IMG/VR virus record: IMGVR_UViG_3300032328_000411
Location: 1-38,822 of that record
Length of the DNA: 38,822 nucleotides
From: a virus
Taxonomy: Duplodnaviria > Caudoviricetes
Strand: one strand, 5' to 3'
In this document: one piece after another, positions 1-7,254 of the stretch
How the letters are laid out: each line of letters starts with the position of its first letter
Numbering within the stretch: the stretch's first letter is position 1
Notes under the pieces: generated by a model
Databases searched by the model: none
Seen by the model: only the letters and a program-made list of their open reading frames with translations
What the model was told of the DNA's origin: nothing
Translations under genes and position numbers: made by a program

Positions 1-1
1 C

Positions 2-550
2 GGCCGCTACTCGTTCAACTTCGCCCAAGTGACAACCTGCACCAGTGGTGCCTATGTCACTTGCACCGATGGCCGCATGGCATCAGTAGTGCACATCGAG
101 GGAACGACCACTGGCCCCAACTGCACGCACCTGGTGCCGCCCTCCATCCTGAAGAAGGCAACCGGCAGGGACCGTGTGGCCGTTTCAATCGGAGCGAATG
201 GATCCAGCCGCACCGATAAGCGCGGCACTATGACGCAACCGCCGGTCCAGGTCGAGAACTTCCCGCCGATCGACACCGTCATGCCGTCGCCGGAAAGCCT
301 CGCGGACTCCGTTAGCGTCACGTTGAACCCAGCCTACCTTGCCGACCTGGCCGCTGCGCTCGGATCCGATTCTAGCCGGCCGGGAATTACCCTCACGATC
401 CCGAAGAAGCCTAGCCAGCCCGTAATCGTTCAAGGCCTGCACGGCTTTGGCTTGCTGATGCCGCTGGCAACCCTTGAAGCGCCCGTTGAGAACTACGCGA
501 AAAACCTTGCTGCATGGCGTCACGCCGGCACGGAAGGGGACGCGCGATGA
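2..550 (+). CDS. DNA polymerase III beta sliding-clamp-like protein, 5'-truncated by the window edge
   Basis: Frame is open from base 2 (GRYSFNFAQV..). Motifs RYSFN, VTCTDGRMA, ENFPPIDTVMP, TLNPAYLADL and GLLMPL resemble clamp motifs RxxLNG, ATDGHRL, FPxYxxVIP, FNxxYLxD and xLMPM. Confidence 0.55.
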   Translation, partial: GRYSFNFAQVTTCTSGAYVTCTDGRMASVVHIEGTTTGPNCTHLVPPSILKKATGRDRVAVSIGANGSSRTDKRGTMTQPPVQVENFPPIDTVMPSPESLADSVSVTLNPAYLADLAAALGSDSSRPGITLTIPKKPSQPVIVQGLHGFGLLMPLATLEAPVENYAKNLAAWRHAGTEGDAR

Positions 551-867
551 ACCGATGCAAACTTGCAGAGATCGTCGGCAACAACTGCCGAGACATCAAC
601 GGCCAGGCTCCGATCCCGGCACCGTTCGACCATAGTGACGCAGTACTTGCCGCCGCACTACTTCGCGTGGTGAACGCATTCAATACGCACGGCCACCAGG
701 GACTTGAACCCCTCGCGCTTGCCTACTGGCACGAATGGCACGACGGCTTCGAAACAGTTTCACCAGATCCGCAATCATTTCGCGATGGCGCGGAGGAAAT
801 GGAACGCCGCATTGGAAAGACTCTCGAACATTCTTTGCCCGCAGCCTGGGAAGGGGACGACGAATGA
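547..867 (+). CDS. hypothetical protein (106 aa)
   Basis: ATGA overlap with the upstream stop; GAAGGGG Shine-Dalgarno-like sequence upstream; coupled to the next gene by another ATGA. Confidence 0.6.
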   Translation: MNRCKLAEIVGNNCRDINGQAPIPAPFDHSDAVLAAALLRVVNAFNTHGHQGLEPLALAYWHEWHDGFETVSPDPQSFRDGAEEMERRIGKTLEHSLPAAWEGDDE

Positions 868-1076
868 GCGCCTACCCCGACGACGTTCCCGACTACGCGC
901 CGGACTTCGATCTAGATGCACAGTACGAAGACCGCTTCTCGATGCCAGACGAAACCACCGAGAACTACCCAGGTTACGACCTCGCACTAGATCCGGCGGA
1001 CAGTGGCAACTATGACGCCATCGAAGAGTCCGCATCCGATCCCGTAACAGGCACCACCTACGGCGACCTCACCTAG
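864..1076 (+). CDS. small very acidic protein (70 aa), candidate DNA mimic
   Basis: ATGA overlap at 864-867 with GAAGGGG upstream; MSAYPDDVPDYAPDFDLD.. has 19 D/E and a single basic residue. Confidence 0.6.
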   Translation: MSAYPDDVPDYAPDFDLDAQYEDRFSMPDETTENYPGYDLALDPADSGNYDAIEESASDPVTGTTYGDLT

Positions 1077-1081
1077 ATACA

Positions 1082-1135
1082 CCGGACCGCCGCCGCGCCG
1101 CCCTTCAACACGAGGGACGGCCGGCCGCGGCCCGG
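1082..1135 (+). promoter_or_regulatory. long imperfect intergenic hairpin (possible RNA processing site)
   Basis: Nested pairings CCGG/CCGG, CCGC/GCGG, GCC/GGC, GCCG/CGGC and CCCT/AGGG around loop TCAACACG. Confidence 0.4.
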
Positions 1136-1176
1136 CAACGTCGCCGAGCGCGGAACAACCCCAGCAGGAGCACACT

Positions 1177-2199
1177 ATGACGACTCGCCCGAAGGACGTT
1201 GCCGCTATGGTTACGTCCCAAGTACTCGACGCGCTACGCACCGGCACGATCCCGTGGCGTCAGCCCTGGAGCCCATGCGGCCCAACCATGCACCGCAACG
1301 CCGTCACCAACCGCGCCTATCGCGGCTCAAACCGAATCACGTTGCCGACGATCGCCGCCGGCAACGGCTACCGGCTTCCCTTGTGGCTCTCGTTCCGCCA
1401 AGCCCAGGCCCTGGGCGGATGCGTTCGCAAGGGTGAAAAAAGCGCCCCAGTCGTTTACTGGCACTTCGGAACCAACACGAAAACCAACACCGACGGCACT
1501 AAAACGATGAAGCGTACCGTATGGCTGCGCTACTTCGCCGTGTTCAACGTCGCGCAATGCGACCTACCCGCCGACGTGCTAGAGCGCTTCGAGCGTACAT
1601 GCGTTACCCGACCGAACCCAGAACCGGGCGCAGCTGCCCGCGCACTACGCAACCACCTCACCGAATGGATGGTGGCCGAAAATATCGCTATGACAACAGG
1701 TACCGGCGCGTTCTATTCATCCCAGCATGACCGTATCACGATGCCAGATGGTGCCGCTTGGAACAAGGCCAACGCTGGAGAGCACTACACCGCAACGCTC
1801 GCGCACGAATGCGCTCACGCCACCGGCCACGAACGGCGCTTGAATCGCAAACTCGGCAACGGATTCGGATCCAAGGACTACGCCAGGGAAGAACTTATCG
1901 CGGAACTCGCGGCATCGTTCCTCGCGTGCGCGTATGGAATGGACACGCCAGACATCAGCGACAACCGCGACGCCTATATCGCGTCCTGGCTCAAGGCTCT
2001 GGAGAACGACCCGCGCGCCGTCGTCGTCGCCGCCGGTGCCGCCGAGCGTGCCGCCGAGTATGTGACCGGCCGCACCGTTCCCGCCGTCGTCGACGACCCC
2101 GAAACGGTCCAGGCTGAAGAACCAGAGCCGGAGCCGGCACCAGCGCCGGCACCAGCGCCGGCAAACAACGCCGAACCCGGAAGCCTGTTCAATGCGTGA
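1177..2199 (+). CDS. ardC: ArdC-family antirestriction protein (ssDNA-binding N-domain plus zincin-like metallopeptidase domain)
   Basis: IPWRQPW, NAVTNRAYRGSN, WLSFRQAQALGGCVRKGEK, VFNVAQ, LAHECAHATGH (HExxH), YAREELIAEL, AYIASWLKALEND; AGGAG RBS; Pro/Ala/Glu tail. Confidence 0.93.
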   Translation: MTTRPKDVAAMVTSQVLDALRTGTIPWRQPWSPCGPTMHRNAVTNRAYRGSNRITLPTIAAGNGYRLPLWLSFRQAQALGGCVRKGEKSAPVVYWHFGTNTKTNTDGTKTMKRTVWLRYFAVFNVAQCDLPADVLERFERTCVTRPNPEPGAAARALRNHLTEWMVAENIAMTTGTGAFYSSQHDRITMPDGAAWNKANAGEHYTATLAHECAHATGHERRLNRKLGNGFGSKDYAREELIAELAASFLACAYGMDTPDISDNRDAYIASWLKALENDPRAVVVAAGAAERAAEYVTGRTVPAVVDDPETVQAEEPEPEPAPAPAPAPANNAEPGSLFNA

Positions 2200-2227
2200 C
2201 GCGCTCGCGATTGACGGCGCGCGGCTC

Positions 2228-2247
2228 GCCACCCCTTCGGGGGTGGC
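2228..2247 (+). other. perfect GC hairpin with cUUCGg tetraloop, no U-tract
   Basis: GCCACCCC-TTCG-GGGGTGGC between ardC and the next gene. Confidence 0.55.
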
Positions 2248-2286
2248 CTGCCCTGCACCTTCAAATAGCAGGAGAAACGAGATAGC

Positions 2287-2784
2287 ATGGAAACCATGAC
2301 AAACTCTCCGGTGGTCATTCTGAATCGAAACGCTGAGGCGCTCGGGGCGCCCCGCGCGGTCCCCAGCAACGCGATGCGCGAATGGGCGCGCGGCGCGATC
2401 GACGACGCGTGCGCGGTCGCGGACGCCGCCGACCTCGCGATCGAACTCCGCGACCTGGGAGCATCCGACCAGTCGCCCCCCGGATATCACCGCATCGGAA
2501 GCGGGGTGCACGAGCGCAACGGGTCCGACACGGTTGCGGTCGGACTCATGGTCAAGGCGCTTGAAGACTCCGCCAGGGCCGAGCGCGAGTTTTGGGCGGA
2601 GCGGACCTACCACGTCGCCGTGATGCTTGAGGCGACCGGAGAATTTGAAGTTCTTGAGACGTTCAACGCGAACGACGACGCCGAGGCCAACGCGTACGCC
2701 GAGCGGAATCACAGCGAAAAATCGTGGTACGTTCTCGACGAAAACCGTCGAAACATCAACGCTGGAGTCGACCGCAATGCGTGA
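2287..2784 (+). CDS. hypothetical acidic protein (165 aa)
   Basis: AGGAG upstream, composition like its neighbours; no family recognised. Confidence 0.65.
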   Translation: METMTNSPVVILNRNAEALGAPRAVPSNAMREWARGAIDDACAVADAADLAIELRDLGASDQSPPGYHRIGSGVHERNGSDTVAVGLMVKALEDSARAEREFWAERTYHVAVMLEATGEFEVLETFNANDDAEANAYAERNHSEKSWYVLDENRRNINAGVDRNA

Positions 2785-2845
2785 CGCTCTCGCAATGCTT
2801 GCAGCCCTGGTTGCACTATTCATCCTCGGCAAACGTCGCGACTAA
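2777..2845 (+). CDS. 22-aa single-TM peptide MRDALAMLAALVALFILGKRRD
   Basis: GGAG at suitable spacing; overlaps the upstream stop; hydrophobic core with basic C-terminus; followed by a terminator. Confidence 0.45.
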   Translation: MRDALAMLAALVALFILGKRRD

Positions 2846-2868
2846 CTCCAAACAAACCGCACCCAACC

Positions 2869-2897
2869 GCGCCCGGCCTGACCAGCCGGGCGCTTTT
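2869..2897 (+). terminator. intrinsic terminator closing the left gene cluster
   Basis: GCGCCCGGC-CTGACCA-GCCGGGCGC-TTTT. Confidence 0.7.
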
Positions 2898-2929
2898 GCA
2901 TGAGCGCACTATGACGCACCCACCAACGG

Positions 2930-3050
2930 CCGGCACGCCGCCGCCACTGCACGCACGCCGGCCCAACCCCAGGCCCAACCCCCAGCGCCGGCCCCAGCCC
3001 CAAGCGCCCGCACCCGGCACCCGGCCCCGGCACCCGGCCGCAGCCCGCCG
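2930..3050. repeat. C-rich low-complexity spacer (GGCCCAACCCC and CCCGGCA-type short repeats)
   Basis: Almost T-free stretch with many C runs; ORFs over it are Pro/Gly low complexity. Confidence 0.6.
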
Positions 3051-3061
3051 GAAGGGGGACA

Positions 3062-3190
3062 AGTCCACAGTCCACAGTCCACACTTGACATCGGCTAGCC
3101 AAGGTGTACACTCTTGCTATGCAACCGCACTTCGCGGTCAGTCCACACAAACAGGAGACACTCCGTGGTGAAGAAAAAGTCGAAGTCCAC
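3062..3190 (+). repeat. five AGTCCAC(A) direct repeats, candidate operators or iterons
   Basis: Tandem copies at 3062, 3069 and 3076; further copies at 3140 and 3184. Confidence 0.75.
3085..3112 (+). promoter_or_regulatory. sigma70-type promoter for the regulator/integrase operon
   Basis: TTGACA (3085-3090), 16-bp spacer, TACACT (3107-3112). Confidence 0.65.
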
Positions 3191-3368
3191 ATCTCGCAAC
3201 CGAGCTGCCGTGTTCTTTCCGGATAACGCCGTGTATGAGCGCGTTGAGCGTCTTCGCACGCTGATGTCGTCAGAGTTGACAATCAGGATGGAAGTGCCGG
3301 GTCATGTTGCTGTCATGCACGCGATCAACGAGGCCATCGAGCGCAGAGAAAAGGGTGGTGTTGCATGA
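3165..3368 (+). CDS. small putative DNA-binding regulator (ribbon-helix-helix-like)
   Basis: AGGAGA RBS then GTG; basic N-terminus, short strand (RAAVFFP) and two amphipathic helices; first gene after the promoter. Confidence 0.5.
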   Translation: MVKKKSKSTSRNRAAVFFPDNAVYERVERLRTLMSSELTIRMEVPGHVAVMHAINEAIERREKGGVA

Positions 3369-3426
3369 CCGACGCAATTCCGGGTAGGACGGTTTCACTA
3401 CTCACGTTGGATAGGGGGGTTCTGAC

Positions 3427-4551
3427 ATGGTGAGTTTGAATCGAAACGGACGGTACTGGCAAGCGCGTTGGATTGATCCGCTGACGGGACGTTTGTGCCG
3501 TCGCTCGATTGGTCCTCGCGAAACGATGAATCGAAGTCAGGCGCTGGCTGTGTGCGCTGTGATTGGTGATGAGGTTTCGCAATCTGCAACAATCCGCCTG
3601 GAGTACGGGGATAAGCCGATCACTCTCGCAGAGTTTCGCGAGAAGTGGTTTGCTATGCGCGGCGGTGATTTGCTGAAGAGCAGCGTTCGAGTGCATCAGC
3701 GATACTGGAACACCCTCATCGACCAGGTCGGTGCGGATACGGCGTTGCCGTCGGTTACCAAGCAAATTGCGCTAGATGCACGAACGCGGTTGTGCATGGC
3801 CGCCGATGCAAGGTGTGGGGTTGGCACGATTGCTCGAGCCAAGGCAGAGAGCACCATCGCGCGGTTTGTTCGCAACGCTCGGCAGTACTGGCGCGACGCG
3901 ATCAAGCTTGATTACGTCAAGGAGAACCCGTGGATGTCTTGCAAGTCAAGCGCGCCAGAGATCCAGTTGCCTCGGCGCGTGCTGAACGACGGCGAGATTG
4001 AGTTGTTGCTGGCTAAAGCCAAGCCTCAGCTGCGATGCCTGATTGCGCTGTGCTACTACGCCGGTTTACGCAAGAGCGAAGCGGTGCGCCTTGAGTGGTG
4101 CAACGTACAGTTTCACAAGCAGCGCCTGGTCGTGTATCCGCCGCAGGGCAGAGTCTCCTCAAAGCACCGCTATCGAGAGGTGTTGCTGTGCAAGCGTCTC
4201 GACGTGATTCTGACGGAAGTTTTGCGCGTGAATCATTTGGTTTGCGGGAGCGTCACATCTGATCGCGCGTGGCTGGATTTGCACTCGCTGGCCGAAGAGG
4301 TTGGACTACAAGGCGACCTGTCGTTTCAGCTGATGCGTTCCAGCTGCGAGAACAATTGGATGGGCTCGTATCCACCGAATGTTGTTACTGCGTGGATGGG
4401 CCATTCGGCGCAAGTTGCCGCGAAACACTACAGAGGCGTGCCAGATAGTTTCTACAGCGGCGATCCGCGCGATGTTGAGATTGCAAAATTGCGCGCAGAG
4501 CTGGAAAACGAGCGTGCGAAACGACTTGCAGAAATGTTGGAGAGAAATTGA
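3427..4551 (+). CDS. int: tyrosine recombinase/integrase
   Basis: YYAGLRKSEAVRLEW (R), SSKH (K), FQLMRSS (HxxR box with H->Q), WMGHS, AKHY (Y); N-terminal arm-binding-like WQARWIDPLTG and a helical core-binding region. Confidence 0.9.
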   Translation: MVSLNRNGRYWQARWIDPLTGRLCRRSIGPRETMNRSQALAVCAVIGDEVSQSATIRLEYGDKPITLAEFREKWFAMRGGDLLKSSVRVHQRYWNTLIDQVGADTALPSVTKQIALDARTRLCMAADARCGVGTIARAKAESTIARFVRNARQYWRDAIKLDYVKENPWMSCKSSAPEIQLPRRVLNDGEIELLLAKAKPQLRCLIALCYYAGLRKSEAVRLEWCNVQFHKQRLVVYPPQGRVSSKHRYREVLLCKRLDVILTEVLRVNHLVCGSVTSDRAWLDLHSLAEEVGLQGDLSFQLMRSSCENNWMGSYPPNVVTAWMGHSAQVAAKHYRGVPDSFYSGDPRDVEIAKLRAELENERAKRLAEMLERN

Positions 4552-4657
4552 AGTAGTGTCACTTGTGTGTCCGAAGACTGGTGCTAGTACTAGCGGGCGA
4601 AACATGGCGACCCAAATCGGGACGTGCCCGATAATCCGTGTGTTCGTTCAAGACCCA

Positions 4658-4716
4658 GGCGGCATATCAAAGATGGTTTAGGACCAGTACGGTCCACTTC
4701 ATCTTCGGTTGCCGCC
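4658..4716 (+). promoter_or_regulatory. long imperfect hairpin just upstream of the annealase RBS
   Basis: GGCGGCA/TGCCGCC, AAGATG/CATCTT and GGACC/GGTCC stems around loop AGTAC. Confidence 0.5.
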
Positions 4717-4736
4717 GCACAGCGCAAGGAGCGCAC

Positions 4737-5600
4737 ATGCCGGCCACCACAACGCGGGACATAACGAAATCGAAAACGGGCGAGGCGACACAAGACTTGT
4801 CGCCCATTCCAGTCAATCAGCCAGTGGAACAATCCACGCTGATGCTGTTCGAGGGGAATCCCGTAAAGGCATTACAAGCTGCCGAGTCAATGGTCCAGTA
4901 CATGGCTGCGAAGTGTTCGCACCTGGTGATGGATCTGCGTGGCAAGAAGTATCCGTTGGTCGAGTGGTGGACAACCGTCGGAAGCGGGCTGGGACTGTTC
5001 CCTGTCGAGGTCAGCAGCACCAGGCTGAATCGAGATGGTGAGATCGTGTACGAGGCGGTCGTGGAGGTGCGTCGGCACGGAATGGTTGTGACGCGCGCTA
5101 GTGCGATTGCCTCGAGCAAGGAGCGGTCAAGCTGGGCGTCTCAGGAGTACTCCATCAAGTCGATGGCGACGACGAGGGCTACGGGTAAGGCGTATCGGTT
5201 GCCGCTCGGGTGGCTTGCTCGCTTGGCTGGCCTTGAGCCCACCCCGGCCGACGAAATGCCGCAAGATGATGGCAGTGTGGTCTCGAACCACGTCCCGGCT
5301 GCCGCAAAGCCTGCTGCAAAGCCTGCACCCTCCGCAGCTCAGAAGCGCGACGATCTTGACGACGAGGGCGAGGCTGATTTCACCTGCGCTGAGGCAACCA
5401 TCGCGAAAGAGGGCGAGGGCAAGTTCGGGCCGTGGCGACTCATTGTGTTGAAGACGGCCGAAGGTCCGCAATTTGGATCGCTCAACAAGCGCATTGGTCA
5501 GGAGATGCTCGATGCAGCCGAGGCTGGAGCGCGTTGCACGATCCGGTGGAAGCGCACGGCCAAGGGCGGCTTGGACTGCGTCGCCCTCGACGTTCTCTGA
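4737..5600 (+). CDS. putative single-strand annealing protein (Rad52/Red-beta/RecT superfamily-like)
   Basis: AAGGAG RBS; GKKYPLVEWW, YEAVVEV, SMATTRATGKAYR, TPADEM; Pro/Ala linker and small C-domain; lies next to a RecE-like exonuclease. Confidence 0.6.
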   Translation: MPATTTRDITKSKTGEATQDLSPIPVNQPVEQSTLMLFEGNPVKALQAAESMVQYMAAKCSHLVMDLRGKKYPLVEWWTTVGSGLGLFPVEVSSTRLNRDGEIVYEAVVEVRRHGMVVTRASAIASSKERSSWASQEYSIKSMATTRATGKAYRLPLGWLARLAGLEPTPADEMPQDDGSVVSNHVPAAAKPAAKPAPSAAQKRDDLDDEGEADFTCAEATIAKEGEGKFGPWRLIVLKTAEGPQFGSLNKRIGQEMLDAAEAGARCTIRWKRTAKGGLDCVALDVL

Positions 5601-5616
5601 AACAAGGAGCCAGAGC

Positions 5617-5808
5617 ATGGATCGCATCTGGAGATTCCTAAAGGGTCTGCTTGGCCGGCGCACGGACGCATCGGCCAAGCCCGACCCGCAACTCGTAGCA
5701 AAGTTTGGTCCTGGTGGTGACTACGTCGATGAGCTTTGGCTCGACGGTCATCGCTGGCAGTACGACAACACAAACAAGAAGTGGGTCAACAAATTGGAGC
5801 AATGGTGA
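5617..5808 (+). CDS. hypothetical protein (63 aa)
   Basis: AAGGAG RBS; amphipathic N-terminus MDRIWRFLKGLLG; fills the gap between neighbours. Confidence 0.6.
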   Translation: MDRIWRFLKGLLGRRTDASAKPDPQLVAKFGPGGDYVDELWLDGHRWQYDNTNKKWVNKLEQW

Positions 5809-6638
5809 TGAAGAACATCAATCCCGAGATCGGTATTCACGAAGGCGTTCCCTCAACGGAGTATCACTCATGGAACGCACTGAGCAGCACCTGGCTGAAG
5901 ACATGGATTGCATCAAGCGCGGCGCACGCCAACACCGACGTGGTGGATCCGGAGAAGCCGGCGTTCCGACTGGGCACCGCAGTGCACGCACGGTTGCTTG
6001 AGCCACAGGCGTATCACGATCTGATCGCAGTCGCCCCGCAGTGCGATCGCCGAACCACCTCCGGTAAGGAACTGTGGGCAAGTTTCCTTACGGGTGTGAA
6101 CGGTCGCACGATCATCGATGAGGAGATGCAGAACACGGTTGATGGAATCCGCCGCGTTGTTGAATCAATGAGTTCGTGCCGCGAGACACTTGCCAGCTGC
6201 CAAGATCGCGAGTTGTCTCTGGTGGCCGAGGTCAACGGCGTTCTCGGCAAGGCTCGGCTTGACGCCTATGACGCCGATATTGGGCTCATCCTTGACGTGA
6301 AGACAACCAGTGTTCGCGTTCCAGAGTTTGCTCGACAGGCTTTCAACCTGAACTACGCGCTGCAAATGGCGTGGTACAGGGCGGTAGCGCAGGCTTCTGG
6401 TCTCCAGGTCAATCGATGCGGCATCCTGATCTGCGAAACCGTCGCACCGTTTGGGTGTCAAGTTGCGATGCTAAAAAACTCGGTCATTGACTACGCCGAT
6501 TCCGCCGTTGCGTCGGGGTGCGCTGCATGGTCCGAATGCCAGAAAACTGGCGTGTTCCCCATGTACGAGGACAAGGTGATCGAGCTTGACATGCCGGAGT
6601 GGGCAACGCGGCAGATTGAGGGTGCCGTCAATGTCTGA
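5802..6638 (+). CDS. RecE/exonuclease VIII-like PD-(D/E)XK nuclease (DUF3799 type)
   Basis: EYHSWNALSSTWLK, FRLGTAVHARLLEP, DRRTTSGKE, ELSL, KARLD, ILDVKTT, YALQMAWY; start 5802 or 5808. Confidence 0.88.
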   Translation: MVMKNINPEIGIHEGVPSTEYHSWNALSSTWLKTWIASSAAHANTDVVDPEKPAFRLGTAVHARLLEPQAYHDLIAVAPQCDRRTTSGKELWASFLTGVNGRTIIDEEMQNTVDGIRRVVESMSSCRETLASCQDRELSLVAEVNGVLGKARLDAYDADIGLILDVKTTSVRVPEFARQAFNLNYALQMAWYRAVAQASGLQVNRCGILICETVAPFGCQVAMLKNSVIDYADSAVASGCAAWSECQKTGVFPMYEDKVIELDMPEWATRQIEGAVNV

Positions 6639-7254
6639 CATCGATGTTGCCAGGCTTGCAAAGTTGGAAGCAATCGTTGAGCGCGGCTCAAAGACCGTGC
6701 TTGATGTTGCGGCCGCGCTTGCCGAGATTCGTGAGAACCGACTGTACAAGTCAACGCACGGATCGTTTGCTGAGTACGTCGAAGAGCGTTTTGGTTTTGG
6801 TCGCAGGTGGGCGTCAATGCTCATCAAGCGAACTGAACCACCGAAACTACCGCCGGCCTCTGGGTCTGAGGCTGAGCAGGAGGGTGACGTGGAGGGGTGG
6901 GATGTCCAGGAGCAGGTGCCTGAAGTGCTGGACGCTCCCCCTCCGCGTTCTTCCATCGATGAGGCATCTGATGCTTTCAATGACGTGCTGCTGTTGGTGC
7001 GAAACCTGGCAACCAAGGTTGGTGGGTTGGCTGAACAGCACGGCCAGTTTCTGGCTCGCGAGTCAATCGAAAGTCTGTTGACCAACCTTCGCAGCGAGAT
7101 CGTGTGGGGACAACCATCAAAGGCGTGTCCACACGAACCGTTCGACTCTAAGCACTGGACGTCGTGCCAGTGCCGAGGGTCTATGTGGCTACCCCGATCC
7201 CAAACGCAGGAGGGAAAGGCCCGTGTTCGCCGTGCATCAAGAAACCCAGTTTGA
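6631..7254 (+). CDS. putative DNA-binding protein with helical N-domain and C-terminal Cys/His cluster
   Basis: LAEIRENRLYKSTHGSFAEYVEERFGFGRR resembles a widespread phage N-terminal domain (LxEIRDxxLY..TFEEY..ERWG); CPH..CQC near the C-terminus. Confidence 0.6.
   Translation: MSDIDVARLAKLEAIVERGSKTVLDVAAALAEIRENRLYKSTHGSFAEYVEERFGFGRRWASMLIKRTEPPKLPPASGSEAEQEGDVEGWDVQEQVPEVLDAPPPRSSIDEASDAFNDVLLLVRNLATKVGGLAEQHGQFLARESIESLLTNLRSEIVWGQPSKACPHEPFDSKHWTSCQCRGSMWLPRSQTQEGKARVRRASRNPV

Noticed and set aside
873-899. YPDDVPDYA, one residue from the HA epitope tag YPYDVPDYA
   Set aside because: Embedded in a naturally D/Y/P-rich ORF with no linker, cloning sites or vector sequence; best explained as coincidence.
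2125-2163. Short tandem repeats at the end of ardC
   Set aside because: They encode an ordinary EPEPAPAPAPA linker.
1717-2832. 371-aa minus-strand ORF and other long antisense ORFs (e.g. 33985-34971, 6471-7313)
   Set aside because: They shadow well-supported + strand genes in GC-rich DNA and show no motifs.
2896-3171. Pro-rich ORF across the C-rich spacer
   Set aside because: Low-complexity translation lying between a terminator and a promoter, with no RBS.
4605-4632. Minus-strand tRNA-3'-end-like geometry (5-bp stem, 7-nt loop, 7 nt, GCCA) as a possible att core
   Set aside because: The loop GCACGTC lacks the TTCRA T-loop consensus and no matching 5' acceptor strand is present.
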